Source of the DNA: Bryobacteraceae bacterium
GTDB taxonomy: Bacteria; Acidobacteriota; Terriglobia; Bryobacterales; Bryobacteraceae
Assembly (NCBI GenBank): GCA_050011295.1
Contig: JBEKJJ010000003.1
Coordinates: 14,406 to 78,405, forward strand
Direction of reading: 5' to 3'
DNA: 64,000 nucleotides
A program made the translations under genes and the position numbers. Below, piece after piece: positions 36,339 through 44,273 of the stretch; position 1 is the first letter of the stretch; each line of letters starts with the position of its first letter. The notes beneath the pieces were generated by a model. It was not told the DNA's origin. It saw only the letters and a list, made by a program, of their open reading frames with translations, and did not search any database.

Positions 36339-36907
36339 GTTGCTCATCTGTGGATTTGAAAGGTTATTTTCTCGGCGAAGTGGCCCGGGCTGAGAAAAAC
36401 TCGGTGGAAGATCACGTGCGTGCGTGCCAGAGTTGCCGCGAAGAGCTGGACCGTTTGAAGCTGACCGATGCCGCGCTGCGCTCGCTCGTCGAGGAAGAGG
36501 CGCCGCAACGGATCGCATTCGTATCGGACAAAGTTTTCGAGCCACGCTGGTATGAAACCATCTGGCGATCGGGTCCGGCGATGGGTTTTGCGTCGGCGAT
36601 GTTGCTGGCGGCGGCCATCCTGGTGCATGGGTTTTCTGTGAATGGGCCCGCGCGGCCGGTCGCGACGCCCACGGTGAACACCGCACAGATCGAGCAGCGG
36701 ATCGAGCGCGAGGTGAACAATCGTCTGGATGCCGTGGTGGCCAAACAGCGTCAGCAGACGGCAGAAATGTTGGATGCAGCCGAGAAGCGCTTCGAATCGA
36801 AACGCCAGACCGATTTGGCTATTGTGCAGCAGGCTGCCCAGTACTACGAAAAACAAACGGCTCGGTTGATGGTGGCTGTGAACGACCAGCAGAAGGCCGG
36901 GCAATGA
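36335..36907 (+). CDS. Anti-sigma factor (zf-HC2 type) with one TM helix
   Basis: HVRACQSCREEL is the HxxxCxxC motif. TM helix GFASAMLLAAAILV. ATGA overlap with the sigma-factor gene. Confidence 0.75.
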   Translation: MSCSSVDLKGYFLGEVARAEKNSVEDHVRACQSCREELDRLKLTDAALRSLVEEEAPQRIAFVSDKVFEPRWYETIWRSGPAMGFASAMLLAAAILVHGFSVNGPARPVATPTVNTAQIEQRIEREVNNRLDAVVAKQRQQTAEMLDAAEKRFESKRQTDLAIVQQAAQYYEKQTARLMVAVNDQQKAGQ

Positions 36908-37449
36908 AACTGACCGCCGTTGTCCTTCTATTGTGTGCCCTCCCGTTCGGATCACTGGCGGATAAACCAAAAGTCGGCCACGCTATGATCCAAGCCATGC
37001 AGGACGGGGTGGATAATGAACTGCGGCGAATCTGGCCGGATGATCCGGTAGAGCTGCTCGGCGTTACGCAGGGCACCTACATTGGCGGATATGGCGCGGT
37101 ATTCGTGAGCGAATTAAATCTGGCGCCCTCGGCCGGAATTAGCCCCTTTCACAAGACCATCACCCCCGATGAGTTCAAGCGCATTCACGAGAAGAAATTG
37201 TCGCGTCTTCCGAAACTGAAGAGCGCCATGCAGGAGGTGCTGCTCAACTCAGCCGGCTCGCTGGATTCGGTTCCGCCGGAGGAGCAAATCGCGCTGGGAG
37301 TAACTCTTTTCTACTGGCACGGCGAAAATACGGATGGCCTTCCGGCTCAGATTGTGATGCACGCGTCGAAGCGTGCACTATTGGACGTGAGAACCGGCCG
37401 GGCCGACAAGGCGACGCTCGCGAGCGCCCTCACCGTGCAAGAGTTCTGA
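36904..37449 (+). CDS. Hypothetical secreted protein coupled to the sigma/anti-sigma pair
   Basis: Signal MKLTAVVLLLCALPFGSLA. ATGA overlap with the anti-sigma gene. Ends 3 nt before gspE. Confidence 0.6.
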   Translation: MKLTAVVLLLCALPFGSLADKPKVGHAMIQAMQDGVDNELRRIWPDDPVELLGVTQGTYIGGYGAVFVSELNLAPSAGISPFHKTITPDEFKRIHEKKLSRLPKLKSAMQEVLLNSAGSLDSVPPEEQIALGVTLFYWHGENTDGLPAQIVMHASKRALLDVRTGRADKATLASALTVQEF

Positions 37450-37452
37450 TCC

Positions 37453-39090
37453 ATGCGTCTGGGCGAAATCCTGATTGAGCGTAAGCTGATCTCGGAAGAA
37501 GATCTGGAGCGCGCACTCGAGCTGCAGAAAGAGCGTGGAGATAAGATCGGCAAGACACTGGTCGACATGGGCTTTGTGGCCATGCGCGACGTACTGGCGG
37601 CGCTGGCGGATCAGTTGGGCGTGCCGCTGGTTGCGATCGAGGGTCCGCCCTCGGTTTCCCCCGAGACGGAAGCACTCTCTCCACGATTCCTGCGTCAGTC
37701 CCGCTGCCTTCCGGTGGGCCGCGATGACCATACGGTCACGCTCGCGATGGCCGATCCGCTGGATGTAGAAACTATCGCGGCGGTTCGCAACTGCACTGGC
37801 CTGAAGATCAGTACGGTGCTGGCGGCTGAGCAGGAAATCCTCGACGCCATCGACAAATATTACGGCCAGTCGGCGCGCGGGGAGACGGATCTGCTGGCCG
37901 ACGGCGCGGAGGCATCCGAGGATCTGGAGCACCTGCGCGACATGGCGAGTGAAGCGCCCGTCATCCGCCAAGTGAACGCGATCATCGCTCAGGCGGTGGA
38001 AAAGCGTGCCAGCGATATTCATCTGGAGCCGTTCGAGAAGGAGTTCCGCATCCGTTACCGCGTGGATGGCATACTTTACAACCAGGATCCGCCGCCGCGC
38101 GAGATGAAGGCCGCCATGATTTCGCGCGTGAAGCTGATGGCCAAGCTCAATATCGCTGAGCGCAGGCTCCCGCAGGACGGACGCATCAAAATCAAGACGC
38201 TGGGCCGCGAAGTGGATCTGCGCGTTTCGACTTTGCCGACGCTTTACGGCGAGAGCGTGGTGATGCGCCTGCTGGACCGCTCAGCCGGAGATTTCTACGA
38301 TCTGGGCCGGTTGGGCTTCGATCAACACATGTTCAGCCGCATGGAGCATTTCACGTCCATGCCGCACGGTATTTTTCTGGTCACCGGACCGACCGGCAGC
38401 GGCAAATCCACCACGCTCTACTCGGCGCTGAAGCGGATTAATTTAAGCGACAAGAAGATCATCACCATTGAGGACCCGGTGGAATACCAGATGGATGGGA
38501 TTAACCAGATCCATGTGAACACGCAGATTGGGCTGACGTTTGCTTCCGGGTTGCGGCACATTGTGCGTCAGGATCCGGACGTGATTATGGTGGGCGAAAT
38601 TCGCGACCGGGAGACGGCCGATATTGCCATTCGCGCGTCGCTCACCGGCCACTACGTATATTCGACGCTGCATACCAACGATGCGCCCAGTGCTGTTACG
38701 CGGCTCACCGATATGGGCGTGGAAAACTACCTCATCAGTTCATCTTTGGTAGCAGTGCTGGCGCAGCGGCTGGTCCGGCTGATCTGCGATCGTTGCAAGG
38801 CGCCGGACGGAACGCGCATCGCGCCGGATGGCGAGACGGTGCCGTGTTTCCGCGGCCGCGGTTGCGAGAACTGCTTCGGGTCAGGCTATACGGGGCGCGT
38901 GGGAATCTTCGAGCTGATGGAGTTGAATGATGAGATCCGCAAGCAGATCATGCGCGGCGACGACGCACTGGCGATCACGGCCGTGGCGCGCCGCAACGGA
39001 ATGCGCAGCTTGCGGGAAGATGGCTGGCTGAAGATATCGCACGGCCTGACGACGCCGGATGAGGTAATGCGTGTCACGCAAGAACTGTAG
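37453..39090 (+). CDS. gspE: Type II secretion ATPase GspE (T2SSE_N + hexameric ATPase)
   Basis: N-terminal MRLGEILIERKLISEEDLERALELQ (T2SSE_N). Walker A GPTGSGKST, GEIRD, and a tetracysteine cluster CDRC...CENC. Confidence 0.92.
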   Translation: MRLGEILIERKLISEEDLERALELQKERGDKIGKTLVDMGFVAMRDVLAALADQLGVPLVAIEGPPSVSPETEALSPRFLRQSRCLPVGRDDHTVTLAMADPLDVETIAAVRNCTGLKISTVLAAEQEILDAIDKYYGQSARGETDLLADGAEASEDLEHLRDMASEAPVIRQVNAIIAQAVEKRASDIHLEPFEKEFRIRYRVDGILYNQDPPPREMKAAMISRVKLMAKLNIAERRLPQDGRIKIKTLGREVDLRVSTLPTLYGESVVMRLLDRSAGDFYDLGRLGFDQHMFSRMEHFTSMPHGIFLVTGPTGSGKSTTLYSALKRINLSDKKIITIEDPVEYQMDGINQIHVNTQIGLTFASGLRHIVRQDPDVIMVGEIRDRETADIAIRASLTGHYVYSTLHTNDAPSAVTRLTDMGVENYLISSSLVAVLAQRLVRLICDRCKAPDGTRIAPDGETVPCFRGRGCENCFGSGYTGRVGIFELMELNDEIRKQIMRGDDALAITAVARRNGMRSLREDGWLKISHGLTTPDEVMRVTQEL

Positions 39091-39164
39091 CGCACGCACT
39101 CGTGCGTGCCGCGTTCACACTCGTGTGAACGCTGGGCGTGTGTTCGCAAGAGTGCGTGCGCTAC
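39087..39164. repeat. REP cluster (left flank)
   Basis: GTAGCGCACGCACTC (39087-39101) pairs with GAGTGCGTGCGCTAC (39150-39164). Inner palindromes are GCACGCAC/GTGCGTGC and GTTCACAC/GTGTGAAC. The element contains the TAG stop of gspE and the TAG stop of the RAYT gene. Confidence 0.8.
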
Positions 39165-39715
39165 GACAGCCGTTCACGCCATTTTGGGTTGGCGCTCGAC
39201 CAGGGATAGTCCTCGATTTGTGCCACCAACCCCGCCTTTACAGGATTCCTCTCGATGTACCGCGCGATCCGGTTCCATTCACTTTCATCCCGCACCCAGC
39301 GATCGTACGATTCGCGCCTCCAGAACGGCTCTCCTGTGCGTCCCAACAACTTATTCGCTTCCCGCGCCGTAAATCCCTTGAGCGATTGAAGGAGCTTGCT
39401 CGGCGATATCAAAGGAAGCAGCAGCACGTGGACGTGGTTTGCCATGATCGCAAACGGTCCAAGCTGGTAATGACTGAGTTCCCTGCCTTTAAAGAGCGAA
39501 TCGATTATCCTTTGCGCGATCGTGTCCTGCTTGAGGAACATGGGGCCGGAGCGAGTTTCGTCGAGGTAGCGGTCCATCCACACGAAGGCTTCGCCAGCAG
39601 TACTTTTGCCCGGCGGCGCGAACCGGGACGCTGGCAGGCTGCCGTGCAAGTGCCAAGTGACGAACAGCCAGCGGTTCTCTGGGTAGATGTGGGGAAGGCG
39701 GCGTTGAATTTCCAC
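39161..39715 (-). CDS. REP-associated tyrosine transposase (RAYT, IS200/Y1_Tnp-like)
   Basis: RRLPHIYPENRWLFVTWHLHGSLP...FAIMANHVHVLLLP...LKGFTAREANKLLGRTGEPFWRRESYDRWVRDE...YIERNPVKAGLV carries the HxH and catalytic-Tyr-region motifs. The ORF-track ATG 39874 would translate REP DNA, so GTG 39715 is proposed. Start is uncertain. Confidence 0.75.
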   Translation of the reverse strand: MEIQRRLPHIYPENRWLFVTWHLHGSLPASRFAPPGKSTAGEAFVWMDRYLDETRSGPMFLKQDTIAQRIIDSLFKGRELSHYQLGPFAIMANHVHVLLLPLISPSKLLQSLKGFTAREANKLLGRTGEPFWRRESYDRWVRDESEWNRIARYIERNPVKAGLVAQIEDYPWSSANPKWRERLS

Positions 39716-39751
39716 TTTACGATTAGTGCCATTTGGTCCCCAAAAATCTCC

Positions 39752-39864
39752 GTAGCGCACGCACTCGTGCGTGCCGTGTTCGCACACTTGCGAACAGAAG
39801 GACTTGGAAGACTTCACGACGTTCACACGAGTGTGAACGCGGCACGCACGAGTGCGTGCGCCAC
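39752..39864. repeat. REP cluster (right flank)
   Basis: GTAGCGCACGCACTCGTGCGTGCCG ... TGTTCGCA-CAC-TTGCGAACA ... GTTCACACGAGTGTGAAC ... CGGCACGCACGAGTGCGTGCGCCAC. The outer arms are reverse complements with one mismatch. Confidence 0.8.
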
Positions 39865-39872
39865 GATCCGCC

Positions 39873-41081
39873 ATGAATAATTTCTACTTCAGGGCCGTGG
39901 CTTCGGACGGACAGCTTCGCACCGGGACTATTCATGCCGAGACTGAGCGCTGGGTGGCGCAGGAATTGCGCCGGCAGGGACTCACGCCCGTGTATGTCGG
40001 CAGCGAGCCGAAAAAGGGATTTGAGTTCAAGCTGCCGGGCTTCAAGGGCGGTAAGCGCAAGGACGTTCTTTTCTTCACGCAGGAATTATCGACGCTGCTG
40101 AATGCCGGCGTGCCGCTGGATCGCGCGCTCACAATCACGAGCGAGCTTACCGAGCGCGCCAGCTTTCGATTGTTGGTAGTGGATATTCTGCGCGTAGTAA
40201 AGGGCGGCAAGTCGCTGGCCGACAGCCTGGCAACCCATCCGGATTATTTCTCCGAACTGTTCATCAATATGGTGCGTGCGGGCGAGGCCAGCGGATCTCT
40301 CGCCGTGGTCTTTGAACGCTTATCGGAGTTCGAGCGCACGCGCGATGATTTGCGCAGCTACATTCTTTCTTCCCTGGCTTATCCGAGTTTGCTGGTGGTG
40401 GTGGGCATTTCTTCCATCCTGGTGCTCATGAATTTCGTGGTCCCGCGGTTTGCCATGGTGTTCGAGCAATCGCACATCCCGATCCCGGGCCCGACCAAGG
40501 TTCTGATCGACGTGAGTTACTTTTTGCGGAGCTATGGATGGATCGGCTTAACATTACTGATTCTCACTGCTATAGGCTTGTATGGCTTTGTCCGCACGCC
40601 TGGTGGCAGATTGTGGTGGGACACGCTGCGGCTGCGAATTCCAGTGCTGGGTGATGCACTGCGGAAAGCGGAAACGGCGCGTTTCGCCCGAGCTATGGGA
40701 ACGTTGGTCTCGAACAGCGTTCCCTTGGTGCAATCCATCGGAATCGCGGGAGCGACATTGAACAACCAGAAAATCGCCAAATCTCTCGAAATCGTGGCGA
40801 CTGGAGTGAAGCGCGGCGAAGGTATCGCGAGTCCTCTGAAACGCGCCGGGCAATTTCCGCCCCTGGCCGGTCATCTTCTGAGCGTAGGCGAAGAGACCGG
40901 GCGGCTGGACGCAATGTTCGTTCGAATGGCCGACATATACGATGCCGACACGCGCACGGCCATCCGCCGTTTTACGTCCTTGTTCGAGCCGCTGATCATT
41001 CTGACAATGGGATTGATCGTAGGCACATTGATCTTGAGTATTCTGGTTGCGATTGTCAGTATCAACGATGTTGCGGTGTAG
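39873..41081 (+). CDS. gspF: Type II secretion inner-membrane platform protein GspF
   Basis: MNNFYFRAVASDGQLRTGTI..., two T2SSF repeats (ELSTLLNAGVPLDRAL; ARAMGTLVSNSVPLVQSI), three TM segments. ATG 39873 lies 9 nt after the REP cluster, with no obvious Shine-Dalgarno. Confidence 0.9.
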   Translation: MNNFYFRAVASDGQLRTGTIHAETERWVAQELRRQGLTPVYVGSEPKKGFEFKLPGFKGGKRKDVLFFTQELSTLLNAGVPLDRALTITSELTERASFRLLVVDILRVVKGGKSLADSLATHPDYFSELFINMVRAGEASGSLAVVFERLSEFERTRDDLRSYILSSLAYPSLLVVVGISSILVLMNFVVPRFAMVFEQSHIPIPGPTKVLIDVSYFLRSYGWIGLTLLILTAIGLYGFVRTPGGRLWWDTLRLRIPVLGDALRKAETARFARAMGTLVSNSVPLVQSIGIAGATLNNQKIAKSLEIVATGVKRGEGIASPLKRAGQFPPLAGHLLSVGEETGRLDAMFVRMADIYDADTRTAIRRFTSLFEPLIILTMGLIVGTLILSILVAIVSINDVAV

Positions 41082-41093
41082 CGGAGGTAGCAA

Positions 41094-41522
41094 ATGAAGA
41101 GACGAAATCGACGAGAAGCGGGCGTAACGCTCATCGAAATGATGGTGGTGGTGGTGATCATCGCGCTGTTCGCGGCGCTGGTGCTGCCCAGGATGTTGGG
41201 GCAAGCGGACCGGGCCAAGGTAACGGCTGCGCGTGCGCAAATCAATGCTTACATGACAGCGTTGGGCTCCTACAAGCTGGATAACGGCGTGTACCCGACC
41301 ACCGAGCAAGGCTTGCAAGCGCTACGGGAGAAGCCGGAGAACGCTACCAACTGGCAGGGACCGTATACGGACAAGGAGATCGGCAATGATCCCTGGCACA
41401 ATCCGTACGTCTACCACTTTCCCGGAGAACACGGCGATGCCCCCGACATAATCTCTTACGGCGCCGACGGCCAGCCGGGCGGGGATGGAGTCAATGCCGA
41501 CATTGTCAGTTGGAAAAACTAG
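41094..41522 (+). CDS. gspG: Major pseudopilin GspG
   Basis: Prepilin signal MKRRNRREAG/VTLIEMMVVVVII with E at +5. The T2SSG domain is ...YKLDNGVYPTTEQGLQAL...DPWHNPYVY...SYGADGQPGG. Confidence 0.92.
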   Translation: MKRRNRREAGVTLIEMMVVVVIIALFAALVLPRMLGQADRAKVTAARAQINAYMTALGSYKLDNGVYPTTEQGLQALREKPENATNWQGPYTDKEIGNDPWHNPYVYHFPGEHGDAPDIISYGADGQPGGDGVNADIVSWKN

Positions 41523-42042
41523 AGCGCCGTTTCTCGTTTCTCGTTTCTCGTTTCTCGTTTCCGAACCAGAAACCAGAAACCAGAAACCAGAAACCGGGCT
41601 CACCCTCATCGAAATGATCGTAGTAGTCGGGATCATTTCCTTGATCGTTGGAGTCAGCTTGCCGGCGGTTACGTCCGGCATCGATTCGCTGCGCCTCAAC
41701 GCGGCCACCACCAGCGTGGTTAGCTTCGTGAATTCGGGACTCAATCGCGCGGAGCGGCGCCAGCAGGCTGTGGAGATCACTATTTCGAAGAGCGAAAACG
41801 CGCTCACCATGCGCTCCACCGAGCCAGGCTTCTTCCGCAAACTCGAACTGCCCGAGGGCGTCTCCATTACGCATATTCTTCCGGAGTTGCCAGAGAATCC
41901 CGATGCGCCGCGAGTATTTATGCTCTATCCCGGTGGCGCGCCGCCACGCTTCGGAGTCCAGCTTATAAACCGCAAAAATGTGGAACGGATCGTGCGCGTG
42001 GACCCCATCACGGGAGTCCCTCGCGTGGAGCAGCCGCAATGA
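41494..42042 (+). CDS. gspH: Minor pseudopilin, GspH/FimT-like (start uncertain)
   Basis: Prepilin motif G/LTLIEMIVVVGIISLIVG with E at +5. The only in-frame starts are ATG 41485, ATG 41494 and TTG 41503. All lie inside the gspG 3' end and give a 30-36 aa leader that is translated from the heptamer array (...FLVSRFSFLVSEPETRNQKPETG). Confidence 0.7.
   Translation: MPTLSVGKTRAPFLVSRFSFLVSEPETRNQKPETGLTLIEMIVVVGIISLIVGVSLPAVTSGIDSLRLNAATTSVVSFVNSGLNRAERRQQAVEITISKSENALTMRSTEPGFFRKLELPEGVSITHILPELPENPDAPRVFMLYPGGAPPRFGVQLINRKNVERIVRVDPITGVPRVEQPQ
41528..41597. repeat. Heptamer-periodic palindrome: (CGTTTCT)x4 + CGTTTCC, then GAACCAG + (AAACCAG)x3 + AAACCGG
   Basis: Ten 7-nt units (70 nt) starting 6 nt after the gspG stop. 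The arms pair with one C-C mismatch per unit. The element lies inside the only open frame leading into the GspH-like prepilin motif. Confidence 0.85.
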
Positions 42043-42470
42043 AGCAGCGCGGATTCACGCTGCTGGAAGTGCTGGTGGCTACGCTCGTCCTGGCGATAGC
42101 GGTGAGTGGACTGATGTCGGCTCTCTCAACATCTATGGCGAACGCCGCACGTCTCACCGATTACGACCGCGCCGCGCTGCTGGGCCGCCAGAAGATGGAC
42201 GAGTTGCTGATCGCGAGCAAGTTGCCGAAGCTGACGCCCTTTGAAGGAATCTGGGGTCCTGAGGTAGCAGGCGACCTGAAGGCTGGATGGCGTGCGCGCC
42301 TCTCTCCGTTCGAAATGCCTCCCACGGCGGGACCAGGCACGCCCTATCTAGAGCGCGTGGAGCTGGAGATCTGGTGGATGAACGGCGAGAAACGCCGGAC
42401 GCTCAACCTGGAAGCTTTTCGGAGATCAGTAATCACGCTGGAGGATCGGGCGGCGGGGATCGGGCGATGA
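42039..42470 (+). CDS. gspI: Minor pseudopilin GspI-like
   Basis: MKQRG/FTLLEVLVATLVLAIAV prepilin signal. 143 aa. ATGA overlaps on both sides. Confidence 0.8.
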   Translation: MKQRGFTLLEVLVATLVLAIAVSGLMSALSTSMANAARLTDYDRAALLGRQKMDELLIASKLPKLTPFEGIWGPEVAGDLKAGWRARLSPFEMPPTAGPGTPYLERVELEIWWMNGEKRRTLNLEAFRRSVITLEDRAAGIGR

Positions 42471-43240
42471 GGAAAATCGTTGCTGGTGGCTGGTGGCTGG
42501 TGGCTGGTTCGGAACGAGAAACGAGAAACGAGAAACGAGAAACGGGTTTTACTTTACTCGAGTTACTGATCGCTATTACTTTATTCAGCTTGCTCTCGGT
42601 CGCAATAGTCATCTCGTTGCGCGTGGCCCTGAGCGCGATGAACAAAGTGGACACCCGGCTGATGAGCAACCGGCGCGTGGCCGGGGTGGAGCGCATCCTC
42701 GAACAGCAGGTGGCTGGGATTATGCCGGTCACCGCGGATTGCCAGAGCGGCGGCGAGGGACCTTCGGCGCGCATTGCATTTTTTCAGGGCGAGCCGCAGG
42801 CCATGCGATTGGTTTCCAGTTACTCCCTGCAGGAAGGTTCGCGGGGGTTGCCGATGATTCTGGAATACCTGGTGATTCCCGGCGAAAATGACGTAGGCGT
42901 GCGGCTGGTGGTGAACGAACATTGGTACACCGGACCGCGCGGCGCCGGCCAATTCTGCGCGCCGGGTGGTCCTGGCGCGGTATTTATTCCCATTCAGACA
43001 GGACCCACTTCTTTTGTGCTGGCCGATAAGCTGGCCTATTGCCGCTTCAGCTTTCGCGAGCTACTGCCGCCGCCTGAATCCGCTCGCTGGGAGCCGCTCT
43101 GGACCAACCAACAGTACCTTCCGAATGCCGTTCGCATCGAGATGGCGCCACTCGATCCCAGCGCGGCGCGGTTGGAGCCGGTGACGCTCAGCATGCCGAT
43201 TCATGTCACGCGTCTGCCTATGGAGGAGTATGCGTATTGA
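42467..43240 (+). CDS. gspJ: Minor pseudopilin GspJ-like
   Basis: Leader MRKIVAGGWWLVAGSERETRNEKRETG/FTLLELLIAITLFSLL with E at +5. About 230-aa mature part, a typical GspJ size. ATGA overlap with gspI. Confidence 0.75.
   Translation: MRKIVAGGWWLVAGSERETRNEKRETGFTLLELLIAITLFSLLSVAIVISLRVALSAMNKVDTRLMSNRRVAGVERILEQQVAGIMPVTADCQSGGEGPSARIAFFQGEPQAMRLVSSYSLQEGSRGLPMILEYLVIPGENDVGVRLVVNEHWYTGPRGAGQFCAPGGPGAVFIPIQTGPTSFVLADKLAYCRFSFRELLPPPESARWEPLWTNQQYLPNAVRIEMAPLDPSAARLEPVTLSMPIHVTRLPMEEYAY
42482..42544. repeat. Heptamer array (GCTGGTG)x3 + GCTGGTT + CGGAACG + (AGAAACG)x4
   Basis: Nine 7-nt units give 63 nt, or 21 in-frame codons, between the ATG and the prepilin cleavage motif of gspJ. The AGAAACG run is the exact reverse complement of the CGTTTCT run at 41528-41555. 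Confidence 0.85.
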
Positions 43241-44273
43241 CCGGCGGGGCAGCGCATTATTGGCCGTGCTCTGGCTCACGGCAGCCTTGGCCGCAATCGC
43301 TTTCTCAGTGGCCAGCACGGTGCGAGCGGAGACCGAACGCACCTCCACGGCGGTGGACTCCCTCCACGCCTATTACCTGGCGACCGGCGCCATCAGCCGG
43401 GCGATGCTTCGGATCGAGTGGGGGCCGGCCTTCCGAAATCCGGACGGTACGTCGATGTTCGACGGATCACGCCCGGTAGTCGCAATGCGATTCGAATTTC
43501 CTACTGGCTCGGCAGTGGTGAAGCTGATTCCGGAGACGGCCAAGCTGAACGTGAACCAGGCGCCGGCCGAGCAGTTGATGAACCTGCTGATGGCGCTGGG
43601 GACCACGCCCGCGCAGGCGCAGGCCATCACCCTCGGCATCCTGGACTGGCGGTCCGGCTCGCCCGGCGGGTCCTTCACCGAGTTCGACCAATATTATCTG
43701 ACGCTCACGCCGTCTTTTCGGGCCCGGCATGCGTCTTTTCAGGAGATTGAAGAATTACTGCTGGTGCGCGGGGTAACACGGGACTTGTTTTACGGAAGCT
43801 ACATACACGATCCACAAGGGAACCTGGTGCGCCGCGCGGGGCTCCGGGATTGTCTTTCGGTTTACGGATCGTCGGCCATGATCGACGTGAACACGGCTGA
43901 ACCGGCGGTGATGCAGGCCATTGGAGTGAGTGCCGGAGCGGTGGCTGCCATCGTGGCGCTGCGAAAGACTACGCCGATTGCGTCGTCCGATCAAATCTCC
44001 GGATTCTCGGATGGCTCAACGGGATTCTCACGGCTGCAGCGAACCCAGACGACCATGGCCACTCTCCGCGCCACGGCCAGAGTGCGCCTGGCCGACGGGC
44101 AATACTCCGATTTGAGCCGATCTGTTGAGGCGCTGGTGAAATTTCTCGGACCCGAATGGAATCCACCATTCCACATCATGCGCTGGTATGACCAGGTTTG
44201 GTCAGATCAGGTTTGGTCAGATCAGGTTTGGTCAGATCAGGTTTTATCAAATCAGGCGGCTGCCTCGCAATGA
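43230..44273 (+). CDS. gspK: Minor pseudopilin-like GspK
   Basis: MRIDRRGSALLAVLWLTAALAAIAF N-terminus (non-cleaved pilin-like). HhH-like segments (VNQAPAEQLMNLL..., DVNTAEPAVMQAIGVS). GGAGGAG lies before ATG 43230. Confidence 0.8.
   Translation: MRIDRRGSALLAVLWLTAALAAIAFSVASTVRAETERTSTAVDSLHAYYLATGAISRAMLRIEWGPAFRNPDGTSMFDGSRPVVAMRFEFPTGSAVVKLIPETAKLNVNQAPAEQLMNLLMALGTTPAQAQAITLGILDWRSGSPGGSFTEFDQYYLTLTPSFRARHASFQEIEELLLVRGVTRDLFYGSYIHDPQGNLVRRAGLRDCLSVYGSSAMIDVNTAEPAVMQAIGVSAGAVAAIVALRKTTPIASSDQISGFSDGSTGFSRLQRTQTTMATLRATARVRLADGQYSDLSRSVEALVKFLGPEWNPPFHIMRWYDQVWSDQVWSDQVWSDQVLSNQAAASQ
44190..44249. repeat. 15-nt tandem repeat x4 (GAYCAGGTTTGGTCA)
   Basis: Encodes DQVWS DQVWS DQVWS DQVLS at the extreme C-terminus of GspK, about 20 nt before the gspL-like start. 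Confidence 0.85.

Larger units (their letters stand above)
39087..39864 (-). mobile_element. REP - RAYT - REP unit inserted between gspE and gspF
   Basis: An IS200-like Y1 transposase ORF is flanked by clustered palindromes at 39087-39164 and 39752-39864. Both flanks share the GTAGCGCACGCACTCGTGCGTGCC and GTTCACAC-nn-GTGTGAAC modules. Confidence 0.75.

Noticed and set aside
39852-39874. ORF-track starts for gspF (GTG 39852) and the RAYT gene (ATG 39874)
   Set aside because: Both would translate REP palindrome DNA (THECVRY-type peptides). The internal starts ATG 39873 (gspF) and GTG 39715 (RAYT) fit the family N-termini better.
40554-41318. 254-aa minus-strand ORF, and others such as 753-1370, 15855-16648 and 61185-61787, overlapping well-supported genes
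   Set aside because: Their composition (Arg/Gly/His/Pro-rich), lack of motifs and complete overlap with domain-bearing genes mark them as non-coding shadow frames.
41528-42544. Heptamer arrays considered as a CRISPR array
   Set aside because: The units are 7 nt, directly abutting with no spacers, and no cas genes are nearby. This is simple-sequence tandem repetition.
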